Source: Neoconidiobolus thromboides FSU 785
Lineage: Eukaryota > Fungi > Entomophthoromycota
Direction: 5' to 3'
Assembly (NCBI GenBank): GCA_025603075.1
Contig: MU626284.1
Location: forward strand, 62,001-126,000
DNA: 64,000 nucleotides
The position numbers and the translations under genes are program-made. Shown piece after piece: positions 12,810 through 25,956 of the stretch. Each line of letters opens with the position of its first letter. Within the stretch, counting starts at the first letter, position 1. The notes under the pieces were generated by a model. That model saw nothing but the letters and a program-made list of their open reading frames with translations, made no database searches and was not told the DNA's origin.

Positions 12810-14495
12810 TTAACTAAAAAAATCATAAGCTAAAGGGTATTTTTCAATTTCGGGAAAGGTTTGCTTGATAGTTTCAACAGCATTACCACTGTGGATTCGA
12901 GTTTTAAGTATGTTAAATAAATATGGCCAATATTTGAAACATCTATAAGATATATCATAGGCCATTGTCAGATTAGTATAAGATTTAAAGTGAGGCTTGT
13001 CAATCATCCAAAACACTGAAAGTGTTGAAAAAGAACCTAAAAAGAAGCTTGCAACTTCAATTAAATCACTACCTAGCTGATTTAGTATTTTATACACCAT
13101 TTCAATATCGTTATATATTTGAATGTCAAAAATTGTATCATCAGGAAGAATAAATCGAAATGATCGCCTTACAAAGATTCTTAATAGGGTGATAAATATA
13201 TAAAAATGATAATAAAAATATCTTTCATTTTCACTACAACTTCTGATATTCAAGAGAAAGTTATCTCTTAAAGGTAAAGGTATTAACATAGTTAATAAAC
13301 TAAGACATTTTTCTATTTGACCTAAAAACATTGTAAGATTCACCTTACCCTCTTCATAGCATTTTTTGAGCCAGAAACAATAAAAAACCAATTGCGCTGC
13401 TGTTTCAAAAAATACTGATTGTAATAACAGTTCGGACTGCTTGTTGTTAAATTTTAGATCAAGCCTTTGTGTAATTAAATTGATATATTCACTACCTTCC
13501 TAACAAAATTAAACAAATAATTTAGAAATGGTAATTTAGGTTACCTTAAATTGAATAGTTGAAGTATCTATATTATCGAATTCAAAATGGGGATTAATAA
13601 ATTTTCCTTCTCTAATTGATTCATGTAAGTTTTCAAAATCTTTTGGTAAGTGTACTATTGATGGTTTAGCATAGAAATTGGATACTACTGTATCTACAAA
13701 TACGCACATAGACCAAGTAGCTATATATTCGGTTTGCAAATCTGAGTCTTGATCCAGCCTTTTAGAACATGCTTTATTTAATTCTAGAACTTGTGCTTTC
13801 CTATTATTATTATTATTATATCAATTAATATTAGATTAGAAATCAAATCTCACTTTATTGCTTGCGCTATAATAAAAGTCAGTACTTAAGTTTAATACCA
13901 AAAAACAATTACTTAAATGAATGGTAGCTATAGCAAATTCCCCTTCGCCACATTCTAAAAAGGCCAACAATAATAATGTTTGAATAATTTCTATTGAAAA
14001 AGCTTCTAATTGATCTGGTGTTAACTCTTCCGTTCTCTGGTAAAATGGGTTGTCTTTAAGTAAAAAGGCCTTTTTATCTGGGTATTTTTTATATAACAAG
14101 TTTTGATAGGGTTGGATACAGATAGCGTTAATTAAGGGGGAAGTATGATATTTTTTTGGAAGTATTGATAATATCCTTGTTTCAGATATAAATGGAAGAA
14201 AATTACTAAAATATTTCATATGTACTTGAATCAATTCGGTGTATAAATCCAAATGACCTAGTTTATAAATATTAACTTGTTTCTTTTGATTTTTAATTAA
14301 TTTACTTCCAGATATGATGTTTTTTACTAATTGAAATTCCCCTTCAATTTTTTTTATCTTATCTTCTAAACCCCTATATTTTGGATCCACATTTGGGTAC
14401 TTACATGGCTTGTTCAATCTCCTACATCGTTCACATTTAGGACTTTCTTTACTGCATTTCCTTTTTCCTTTCGTACACTCAGCACATGCAAACAT
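12810..14495 (-). CDS. Zn(II)2Cys6 fungal transcription factor
   Basis: CAEC-x6-C-x6-CERC-x6-C cluster followed by a middle homology region (YFSNFLPFI...). 4 exons (14495-13913, 13866-13854, 13800-13545, 13499-12810) join in one open frame. Confidence 0.88.
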
Positions 14496-15004
14496 AACTT
14501 ATAAAAATTGTCACTATTTAAAAGTTTTTGAGATAAAAAACAATAAAATTAATAAAATAAAGCTTACAACTTTTTTCTAGCTTATAGAATTTTATTTCGC
14601 TGCCTTTAATATGTTCTAACAAATATACTCTTAGTTTACCCTTTATTATTTTAGTTTATATTTCTTACTTTCTAAAAGTTAATTCTTGTGATTTTAACAA
14701 TTTTGATGATTTTTATGCTTTTTACAATACAAGTTTATTTTAGCTTTTTAACCAAGCCAATAATATCAATGGTAGAAATGCTAGCATAAAGATAAATCTT
14801 TCAATTTTAAGTTAAAGCTAACTCTTCCAAGGGAAGAAGATCATTGAACACTATTCCTTCCCTTCCAGAAACCATCTATTGGTGAATCTATGTCCCTTAA
14901 ATTAGTCGCTTAAGTACTAGAAGTCTTTGTTATTGTAAACAAAACACTTAATGTATCTAGTTTTTATTAAAAATTTAATTGAACTTAGGAAATAGTCAAT
15001 GTTT

Positions 15005-15094
15005 GGGATTTTTTTGATTTCATCACTTTTTCCATTTTTAAGCACTACTTAAGTGGAAAGATTATAGTAAAATTCTTAAAAAAATATATCCCCC
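15005..15094 (+). mobile_element. MITE family A copy (degenerate)
   Basis: Core TTTCATCACTTTTTCCATTTTTAAGCACTA with GGGA...TATCCCC ends. Confidence 0.75.
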
Positions 15095-15714
15095 TTTATT
15101 TAGATAAAAATTGGTCAACTTGTAAAAAAAGCCAAGAAATTAATTATACTTCTCAAAAAATGGCTTTTGTGATTTTTTTCTTTTTATAATAGATTGTATA
15201 AAACAGAACATTTTATATATAATATAATATGATATCTTCTTCGGTTTCAGTTATTTGTCCGTTTTTATGCAACAAAGAAATTGGCCAATTTATTGACTTA
15301 ATTCTAAAAGCAAAAACATTCTTATGAACTTTAAATTTTAAGCTATCTCTATTAGGTTGAATTACAATTATAACCAAATACTAATAAATAGCTCAATTCA
15401 CAGCTTTTTGTATTTTAAAAAACTCAACTGATACTATTTAGTCTGTTAATAAGCTCATTAAAGTATCCAAACTATTTTATTAAAAAGCTTAGAAAATAAA
15501 CAGATTTAGAAAAAAATGGGAGGGGCCTTTTTTTTATAATTTTACTATGTTATAAATAAAACGTATGTGAAGTTTTATATTAATTATTTTTGAAATATAA
15601 CTAAAAAAATAATATTAATAAAAAATATTAAACATCCTTTAATTAGCAATTTACTAAATTAAATAACTCTAATTCATATATTTAAAATAGATTTATTATA
15701 CAAAAAAATAATAT

Positions 15715-15812
15715 GAGGATGTTTTCTTTGGTTTCATCACCTTTCCATCTTTTAAGTGCTATTTGGGTGGAAAAATCATTAATAAAATTATTAATCACAA
15801 AAATACATCCCC
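15715..15812 (+). mobile_element. MITE family A copy
   Basis: GAGGATG...ACATCCCC ends. Flanks are ATAT/ACAT. Confidence 0.85.
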
Positions 15813-15904
15813 ACATAAAGATGTCTTTTTTAAAAATTTGTTAAGCATTATTAAGCAGAAAATATTTTAAAAAATAAAATAAATATTAAAGCCAAAAAAA
15901 ATAT

Positions 15905-16001
15905 GGGGATGTATTTTTGTGTTTAAGAATTATACTAATAATCTTTCCACTTAAATAGTACTTAAAAAATGGAAAAAGTGATGAAACCAAAAAATATCCC
16001 C
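15905..16001 (-). mobile_element. MITE family A copy
   Basis: GGGGATGT...ATATCCCC ends with the core reversed. Flanks are ATAT/ATAT. Confidence 0.88.
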
Positions 16002-16360
16002 ATATCCTATATATAATAATAAATAGATTATATAAAATGTTGAAATAATTTGTAGTAGTTACAAATTACATAAAAAATTATAAAAGTATTTAATAAACAT
16101 TTACTAAAAATCATATAGTGAAACTACTTAAAATAATTTTATTATAATTATATTATTATATCACCTATTAATAAAGTTATTTTTGATTTTAATATTTTGC
16201 CCAATTATAAAAACATAAAAAATATAATTTAAACATAATTATTTTAGTATACAAAAATCAAACTAAAATTTCTTTATCAAGCATATTATTTAATTTTTAA
16301 AAGTGCTTAAAAAGTATTTACACAAAATTCTATAATTCAGGTATTATCGATTTTTAATAT

Positions 16361-16454
16361 GAGGATGTTTTTTTGATTCCATTACTTTTCCATTTTTTAG
16401 GCGCTATTTGAGTGAAAAGATTGTTAGTAAAATTAAACAAAAAACTACATCCTC
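16361..16454 (+). mobile_element. MITE family A copy
   Basis: GAGGATG...CATCCTC ends with the shared core. Confidence 0.82.
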
Positions 16455-16737
16455 TTATAATATCATAAGAATTTTAAGCTTTTTAAAACTTAATATAAAA
16501 AAGATAGTTACTATTAATATATCTATAAAAGATCTTACTTTATATATAATTTTTAAACTATTCAATCAACTTAAAATACTAATATAGTTGCTTTTTTATT
16601 GCTTAATAAATTATAAAAATTAATAATAATAATAATTAAATGTATTTCGACAATTTTTACTAGATTTATAGATAATACCAAAGTTATAAAATATAGTTAT
16701 CTTAAAAATAATAAAGCCTATAATTATTATAAAATAT

Positions 16738-16837
16738 AGGGATGTGTTTTTTCATTTAAGAACTTTACTAATAATAATCTTTCCACTCAAATAGTGCTTA
16801 AAAAATGGAGAAAGTAATGAAGCTAAAAAAAATCCTC
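16738..16837 (-). mobile_element. MITE family A copy
   Basis: AGGGATG...ATCCTC ends with the core reversed. Flanks are ATAT/ATAT. Confidence 0.85.
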
Positions 16838-17176
16838 ATATATTTCTTCAGTAGCAATATAATTTTTTAAATATTTAACGATTTATTATAAAGCTTTAGA
16901 AAAAATAGCGTTCAGCTTTTTGTTTTGATTTGCTGTGAGAATTTTTATTATCTAATTGAAAAGAATATTATCTCCTTATTTTAATATCTATATTTAGCAA
17001 CTATAATAGTAAACTATAACTATTATTATGTTCCATATGTAGCTACCCAATTGAAATATAAAATATAGTTTTTGATATAGTAACTTAAAGCTTTTCAACT
17101 AAATTATTTACTGGTATTTTAACTTTAATAAAGCTACTGAGTTCTATAGTATTGTATATTTTTTATAATAATATCC

Positions 17177-17275
17177 GAGGATGATTTTTTTGGTTTTATT
17201 ACTTTTTCCATCTTTTAAGCACTATTTGAGCGGAGAAATTATCAGTAAAATTCTTAAACAAAAAAAACACATCTC
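17177..17275 (+). mobile_element. MITE family A copy
   Basis: GAGGATG start and core AAGCACTATTTGAGCGGAGAAATT. Confidence 0.8.
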
Positions 17276-17319
17276 ATCTTTTATTTTATTTGTTCTATAT
17301 AGCACATAGTTTATTATAT

Positions 17320-17421
17320 GGGGATACTTTTTTTGGCTTCATCACTTTTTTTCCATTTTTTTAAGTGCTATTTGAGCGGAAAAATTATTAGCAAAATTCT
17401 TAAACACAAAAATACACTCCC
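17320..17421 (+). mobile_element. MITE family A copy
   Basis: GGGATA...CACTCCC ends. Flanks are ATAT/ATAT. Confidence 0.85.
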
Positions 17422-18989
17422 ATATACTACATACTATTTTTATTTAAGTTTACCTTAGTTACATAAACTAAGACTTTTCAAATTATAGCTGGTTAATTGA
17501 GCAAAGCTGCTTTTTAACTTTAATCATTGAATACTAACTTTTATAATAGTAAATAATAAAAAAGTAATACTAAATTTATTAAAACTAAACATAATAATAC
17601 TTAAAAAACAGATCTTATAATAAAAGTTTTTTCTATACTTTATATTAAAGTGTTGTATATAAAGAAATGTTATTAAATATAATAACACATAACTTTTAAA
17701 TACAAACTTGAAAAAATAAAACTTTTTATAGCAAATTTAAATAAAAAATAAAAAATAAGTTATAGATTCAATATAGCTATAAATTAAATTTTATGTAAAA
17801 TAAAAACAAAAAATATTAATATAAATATTTTTAATTTTATTTTATAATATTACTTTGAATATTTTATTAGCATACTAATAGGAGTCCATAAATAAAACAT
17901 ACTTATTTGAATTAAAAAAATTATAAAGATCAAAGCTTATAATATATTAAAAAGATCATAATATAATATTTATATATTTTATTTTATTTTTAGCAATTTT
18001 GAATCATAAAGCTTGATTAAAAAAAGTTCTTGGATTTTAATTAAATCATCACAAAGCGGTAAATTAAATTTGATGAATTCATTTAAAACGAGTGTATTTA
18101 CTTTTTAAATCAATAAGATAATACATTACAATATTAATAAATTAAAATTGAATATATGACTATTATCATAATATAATTAAATTAATAAAGCATACATGAG
18201 TTACAGCTTATATACAATAGAAATATAACAACATTTAATCAACTAATCAGCCAAGAGTGGTTTTAAAAAGCATCTTTATAATTTACTATTTTCAATGATT
18301 TAATTCTCTTAGTATATGAATTTTACATATAATAAACCATCTTAATAAAATTGCTTCAATATAAATCATTTATGGTGTATATACTAAATTAAGCATGACA
18401 TTCAATTATTATATTTGAAGCTTAAGGAAATTTTCAATGGCAAAGGAATTTAACCTTGGCTTTGATTCTAAGTAACTTGGAAGTAATGCACATATTTAAC
18501 TTGTTTAAGTAAAATCAATTTATCTCCCTTTTTTATTACAAAATAGAGCCAATTTTAAACATTTGATTACAGCCTTATTGTAACAAAAGTTATTAAAAGG
18601 TATGTGTTTTTATTAATTTTCGTTTTATCGTTTAATAAGAACAATCGTTGTATCTCTTCACTTATAGTCAAGTCAAATTATATAATTAATCACAGTTTTG
18701 ATGTAAACAAACAAATCTAATCATGTAATGTGTAAAATAATAAATTACTATTCTCAATTAATTAATATGATTCTCATTTTAAATTATTAGTGGCTCATAT
18801 TAAGCATAACAAATAAATCCATTTATAACAAAATAGAGCCTATCTTGATTGGTTGAAATAGCTCCGTTACTATTTTCTTGAGAAATAAAAATAACCCATT
18901 ATTTAATTTTAAAGGATTGGCTCCACCTTAAATAGTTCGAGATTTAACGTTCAAGTTTCATCCAATCCCTTTTCATTTTCACCCTTAAA

Positions 18990-21582
18990 ATGTCTGGTCA
19001 AAATAATGGGAACCCATTTAATTCTTCTTTTGATAATACAACAGAAGAAAAGTTTTTAGATCGTTCTGATTCCAATCAATCCATTCCTTTAAATTCAATG
19101 GATCCTAATAAGAATGTGGGTTTTGATATACCCTCCCCCGTACATGATGAGGATAGGCTTAACCAACTTTATGATGTAAGTCAAGCGCCTCCACCAAACT
19201 CTAGAAAGTTTCAAGAATATCAAGCTAGAAGGCGTAAAAGTATGAGAACTGTTGCACTTACTTCCGGTAATTTAGTTCTTGATTGCCGTGTTCCTGATCC
19301 TGTTTTACAAAACGCTTTTTATAAAGAGGGTGAAGAATTTACCCATATGAGATATACTGCTGCTACTTGTGACCCAGATGATTTTTTAAAAGATAGGTTT
19401 ACTTTACGTCCTGCTTTATACGGTCGTAGTACTGAATTATTTATTGTATTAACTATGTATAATGAAGACGAAAATTTGTTTACTAAAACCATGACTTCAG
19501 TAATGAAAAATATTGCTCATCTTTGCCGTCGTAATCGTTCCCGTACTTGGGGTGATAATGGTTGGCAAAAAGTAGTTGTTTGTGTTGTATCCGATGGTCG
19601 TACTAAAATTAATGAAAGAGTATTAACAGTACTTGCAGCTATGGGTGTTTATCAAGATGGGATTGCTCAATACTCCGTCAATGGCAAGCCAACAACCGCC
19701 CATATTTATGAGTATACTACTCAAATTGTGGTGGACTCAGATTTAAATATCCGTGGTGCTGACTCTGGGCTTGTACCTGTTCAAGTCATTTTTTGTCTTA
19801 AAGAAAAGAATGCCAAAAAATTAAATTCACATCGTTGGTTCTTTAATGCATTTGGACCCCTTATAAATCCAAATGTATGTGTATTGATCGACGTGGGGAC
19901 CAAGCCAAGTGGAACTTCCATCTATCACCTTTGGAAAGCCTTTGATAGGAATCCAAATTTAGGAGGTGCCTGTGGAGAAATTTACGCGGAGCTTGGAAAA
20001 GGGTGGCATAAATTATTAAACCCGTTGATTGCCACCCAAAATTTCGAGTACAAAATGAGTAATATCCTTGATAAACCATTGGAATCCGTTTTTGGTTATA
20101 TCTCTGTTTTACCTGGTGCTTTCTCTGCATATCGTTATGCTGCTTTAACTAATTCATCAGCTGGTGTTGGCCCACTCGCTTCTTATTTTAAGGGTGAACT
20201 GATGCATGGCGATAACCCAGTTGGTGGTATCTTTGATGCTAATATGTATCTTGCTGAAGATCGTATTCTTTGCTTTGAATTGGTTGCTAAACGTAATTGT
20301 CAATGGGTATTAAAATATGTTAAGGTAAACTATTATTTTGTAATTATAAGTTTTATATTAAAAGTTATTTAGTCTGCCAAAGCAGAAACTGATGTCCCAG
20401 ATACTCTTCCGGAACTTATTTCTCAACGTCGTCGTTGGCTAAATGGGTCCTTCTTTGCAGCTTTCTTTGCGACTTTCCATTTCTATCAATTATTTGGTAC
20501 TTCCCATTCCTTTTTCCGTAAAATTTTACTCATGTTTGAATTCTTTTATAACTTTGTAAATATGTGTTTCAGTTGGTTCACTTTGGTAAGCGAAAATTCA
20601 AATTTTAACAATATATAAATTTATCTTCATTTTATAGGCTAACTTTTACCTTACCTTTTATTATATCGGTATAAATTATACGGGCGAAGCTAGTAGATTA
20701 TTAAAAGAGCAAGGATTAGATCCACTTGGAGGACAAGGTTTTATAATATTTCCAGTTTTGAGATATTTTTATTTTGTATCGATCATTATCATCTTTGTAC
20801 TCTCCCTTGGTAATAGACCACAAGGTTATAAATCGTCTTATACTTTAGTTGTTATCTTCTTTGCTTTAATTATGATAATAATTATGTATTTAACATGTTG
20901 GACCATCTTTTTAGCTGTTAGAAATATTAAAGCAAAGGATATTGGTAGTGAGATAGTGCATAATTCAAATTTCCGTGATATTGTTATCTCTTTGGCTTCC
21001 ACTTATGGTGTTTATTTCGTTGCTTCCTTTATGTTTTTCGAGCCCTGGCATATGTTTACTTCCTTCCTTCAATACATTCTCTTGCTTCCCTCATTTACAA
21101 ATATTTTGATGGTTTACGCTTTTAGTAATACTCATGATGTAAGTTGGGGTACTAAAGGAGATACTGGTGGCGACCATGGTGCAGTAGGAGTGCATTCTAA
21201 GACTAATGCACAAGGTGTGGAAGTAGCTAACGTTGTAGTACCTACAGAACAAGTAGATATCAATGCAAATTATGAGAAATTAATCCAACAACTCAAAATT
21301 AAGCCTAAAGAAGAAGTTAAAAAGAGAGATGCTAAAACTAAACGAGAAGATTCTAACAAGCAATTCCGTACTCGAATGCTTCTTTCATGGATGTTTAGTA
21401 ACGCGCTTTTAATTATTTTGGTTACTAACATTAATTGGGTTAAGCTTTTCAAACTTAAAGAAGATACACCTGGGTTGTTTAATGGTTATCTTGTGTTCCT
21501 TTTCTGGGCTGTAGCAGTATTAGCTGTGATAAGATTTTTAGGTTCTACTACCTATATACTTGCAAGAATGATTTGGGGATAA
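18990..21582 (+). CDS. CHS: Chitin synthase (GT2, division 1 type, no myosin motor domain)
   Basis: 3 exons (18990-20324, 20373-20585, 20638-21582). Motifs [44 protein letters not shown] and [10 protein letters not shown], plus C-terminal TM helices. Confidence 0.97.
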
Positions 21583-21751
21583 TTTGATACCATTTTTGTA
21601 CAAAGAATATAGCCATTTTTAATATATCAACATAATATAATTAGTTTACTTTAAATCTTAGGATACGCTGTTTTCTTAAGAATTTACTATACATAATCTT
21701 TAATAAATCTTCGAAATTTATATTTTATTTTATATCTATACTTTTTTATAT

Positions 21752-21849
21752 GGGGATGTGTTTTTTTGTTCAAGAATTTACTAGCAAGTTTTTCCACCTA
21801 AACAGTGCTTAGAAAATAGAAAAAGTAATGAAACTAAAAAAACACCCCC
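21752..21849 (-). mobile_element. MITE family A copy
   Basis: GGGGATGTG...CACCCCC ends with the core reversed. Confidence 0.82.
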
Positions 21850-22106
21850 ATGTATATAACTTTTAGAAAGCATCAAGATGATTCTAACTAATAAAAACCA
21901 CATCCAAAGTTGTACTTGTTAAAGTCCAAACTGATACTTTCCTGAAAAGTCGAACTCTCAACTTCCCAATAGGGATGAGCATTAACCACTGACTTGTTTC
22001 TATGATTTTTTATAACTAATCAGTTAAACCAACAGTCAGTCACTCTAAACTTTTCAACTGAAATTAAGCCAATTTTCAAATTCAGAAATCCGCCAAATTC
22101 CCACTT

Positions 22107-22202
22107 AGGGATGCTTTTTGGCTTCATCACCTTTTCCGTCTGTCAAGCGCTATTTGAGCGGAAAAATTATTAATAAAATTATTAAACATAAAAATACTCC
22201 CC
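22107..22202 (+). mobile_element. MITE family A copy
   Basis: AGGGATG...TACTCCCC ends. Flanks are ACTT/AATT. Confidence 0.85.
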
Positions 22203-22937
22203 AATTAGTGAAATGTTTTGTAAACATATTATTCCAAATGAAGAGTTGAATTATGTAAAATACTCAATACACAATGGTCTAATTGATCGTGGGAAGTGGT
22301 GCTTTACAAAGATGATATCAAGAAGGAGTACATAACAGCTTATTTTAAAAGTAAGAAGGAAGGGCTTTATGATTTAATTAACATAATAATTCTGGAAAGT
22401 AAATTCTTTATCGGTTCAATCGAGACACAGGAATCATTGTTGAAGATAAAGGTTGAGAAAAAGCAAATAAACTAAAAAAAAACACTAGTACTTACGCAAA
22501 AACACTCACTTTGGTGTCTTCCCTTTGGAAGGAATTTTAGAAATTTTAATCTCTGGGAAATAGAGATAATCGGATTATTGGTATTTTAGATCTTTAACAA
22601 TGTAATTTTTTTACAAAGTGAATTTTTAAAAAAGTATTAAAAAAAATAATGAATATGAGATTTTGTATATATTCAATTTATTAACTATAAGCAAAACCCT
22701 AGTAGTTGCTTCATTTATAAAGTTCAAAATCCTGTTCTGTAAAAAAATCCAAAATTTAATTCTTTGCTTAAAGTTAAAATTAGATCTAAAATCCCGAATA
22801 GTAATAGTCTGATTACCTATTTTTTTAAAGATTAAGAATTTCAAAAAATTCCTTGTAGAGGAACCAATTAATCAACAGTCACTTTAAACTTTTCAACTAA
22901 AATCTATTAGCATCTACTCAAGAATAGTCATTTCTCA

Positions 22938-24510
22938 ATGTTAAACACTACCTTAACTAAACAACAATTTGGAATCATCCTACTATTATCTATAGGGCTA
23001 TTAATCAGTTATGCAGGTATAGAGTAAACCTGTATATATTATAAAAAAGCAAATGAATAAATGAAAAAATAGATCGCTCCAATTTAGCTCTAGCCATTAT
23101 CCCAATGGCAAAACAATTTCATTGGAACTTATCTGAACAAGGTTTAATATTAAGTTCTTTTTTTTATGGCTATATTATTACTCAAATATTGGGCGGTATT
23201 TTAGCGGATAAATATGGTGGCAAATCTATCTTAATTTTTGGTAAGTAGTAATTTATTATTCTTTTATATGTTTTTTTCTTATTATTAAAGCTGGTTTATC
23301 ATGGACTATATTCACTTTAATCACCCCATTATTTTCCAGTTGGGGCGTGGGTGGATTATGTTTAATTCGAATTTTATTAGGTTTAGGAGAAGGTAATAAA
23401 TAAAAATTTATTTTTACGTTTATGATAATCTCTTTCTAACCATTGTAATCAGGTGTATCTTTCCCAGCTTCTCATTCCATCATATCAAAGTGGGCATTAA
23501 AAAATCAACGATCAACAGCCGTATCAATATTAACTTCCTTTTCTTATGCAGGTTCACCATTAGCTGCTTTAATAGCTGCACCTTTAGCAACAGAAGAAAA
23601 TTGGAAATGGATATTTTATTGTTTTGGTATAATGAGTTTAGTTTGGACTTTGATTTGGTTTTATTTTGGTAAAAGTCAACCTGAGAGTAGGATTTATGAA
23701 GATTACCAAAGTTTAGTAAGTTTAATTTAAATTTATTATTCTTATTTAAAATACCTGTAGGAAAGCAATGAAGAAACTGTCACTATAAATAAAAGTGTCT
23801 TTCATTTATTTTATCAAGATATAATCTCCGCTCCATGGATAAAAATATTTACAAGTAAAGAAGTATGGGCTATATTAACTAATCAATTCTGTTCTTCATG
23901 GTCTTTTTATATCTTAATTAATTGGTTACCTACTTATTTTCAACAAACATTCCAAAAAGAAATAACAGAATTAGGGGTTTATTCAGGTAATTTATTTTCT
24001 ACTCATTATTTTCTATCAAATTAAATAATAATTTCCCTCTTTTTCATAGCATTACCTTATGCTGCCCAAGGAATCCTAGGTATCTGTGCAGGGTTTTATT
24101 CAGATTATTTACAAAAATCAAAAAATATTCCAGTTTCCAAACTTCGACTTTGGTTCCAAATAATTGGAATGTTAGGCCCTTCTATTTTTATGATCTTGAC
24201 CATATATCAAGACAAAAACATTAATATGGCTTTATTAATGTTAACTTTAACAATGGGATTATCAGGTTTAACCTTAGCCTCTTTATCTACTAACCAACAT
24301 GATATTGCACCTAATCACGCAGGATTAATTTTTGCTTTGGGTAATACATTTGCTACATTACCTGGTCAACTAGCTGTTTATTTAACTGGTTGGATGTTAG
24401 AAAACAATTATGGTTGGGGTTCTATTTTTGGGTTAGCTGCATTTATTCGATCTTTAGGTGCTATTTTTTGGTTTTTTTTGGCAGGTGGGGATAAAGTAGT
24501 TATTTATTAA
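22938..24510 (+). CDS. MFS transporter, SLC17/anion:cation symporter type
   Basis: 6 exons join to give [75 protein letters not shown] and [19 protein letters not shown]. Confidence 0.88.
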
Positions 24511-24729
24511 ATAAAATTGTATGAATATAAATTAATTTGAATAAGAAAATACGACAATTATTTTATAAAATGTAGATTCCTTTTTTTTAAATCTTATATT
24601 TTTATTAACTTAATAAAACTACAAAACTTATGCTTTTTATTTATATATTTAAAAAAAGAATAATCGAATGTTATTGGTATTTGAATATAATAGAAATAAA
24701 CAATTAAATGGATTGATAATATTGTAATT

Positions 24730-25956
24730 CTAATGTTTAATAAGGGACAAAAATTCTTCCCTTGTTTTTGGATCTTTACGAAATTGACCTAACATACAAG
24801 AAGTAACTGTCGAAGATCCTGGTTTTTGTACTCCTCTCATTACCATACAAAGATGACTATATTAAGTAAGATGTTAATTAATAATTGATAAGGTAAATGA
24901 AACCAACAACAAATCTCAAATCACGATCGCTGTAGTAATAACAAAATATAAAGAATAAAGAGATTAACTTACCTAGATTCCATAACAACAGCTACCCCTT
25001 GAGGCTTAAGAATTTCATCTAAAGCTTCAGCAATTTGACGAGTTAACCTTTCTTGTACTTGTAATCTACGTGAAAACATTTCTGCTATACGAGCTAATTT
25101 ACTCAATCCTAATACTTTTCCGTTAGGTAAATAACCTATTGAGATCTATATTTTTTTTATTAGATTGCTTGTATTATTGATTAACAAAGACGGGTTATTA
25201 CCTTTCCAGTAAATGGTACTAAATGATGTTCACATAAAGAAAATATATCAATATTTTTTACAATTACCATTTCTTCATGATCTAAATAATGAAATTAAAA
25301 TTAAAAGTTAAATTAAAATAAACAATAATAAACAATAAATAAACTCCTTTTTACCTTCATTAAACATAGCATCATTAATTAAATCTATATAAAAATTCAT
25401 TAGAACGATTTTCAGTATTGAAGTTTTATAATAATTACCTTTGATATTCTGTTCATAGCCTTTAGTAAAGAATAACATAGCTTTGGCATATCTCATTGGT
25501 GTTTTTAATATACCTTCTCTTTCTGGATCTTCACCAACACATTCTAACATAGTTTTAACAGCCTCAGCCAATTTGTTTAATCGCTTTTCTTTTTGTTCTT
25601 CTGTTTCGTTACTTCTTTGACGTGTACCTTTACCTATTGGAACAAAATTTCAGTAAAAAAACACAAAAACAAACATACTTTTCTTGTTAATTACTAATTT
25701 TAAACAAATAAACAATTAAGAATAACAATCACTTACTAGGCCATGACAAACCATCTAAATCTACAGCAGAGTTAACTCTTAACATACTATGTGGTTGTAA
25801 ACTTTTATTTAAATCTAATTTGTTGAATTGTCCGTTAACTTCATTGATTTCAGCATCACTAGTGGTACCCGAACTACCAAAATCGAACTCTGGTTTTTTG
25901 TTTTCTTTTATGAGTTCACCATTGACAGTAGTAGTATTGATTGAGTTCAATGCCAT
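24730..25956 (-). CDS. GCH1: GTP cyclohydrolase I
   Basis: 6 exons including a 31-nt exon (25355-25385). Motifs [42 protein letters not shown] and [11 protein letters not shown]. Yeast equivalent is FOL2. Confidence 0.96.

Noticed and set aside
14499-14660. Upstream coding exon for the Zn2Cys6 gene
   Set aside because: A GTAAG...AG intron is possible, but the upstream frame reaches a stop without an ATG. At most this is a 5' UTR intron.
15005-17421. CRISPR-like array suggested by regularly recurring repeats
   Set aside because: The context is eukaryotic, and the repeats are ~100-bp TIR elements in mixed orientation with irregular spacing.
21860-22472. Possible decayed ORF interrupted by the MITE at 22107
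   Set aside because: A frame can be traced after removing the element, but the stop density in its first two-thirds is about random and no family is recognisable. Similar weak relics at about 14690-14930, 41700-41950 and 59280-59600 were left out for the same reason.
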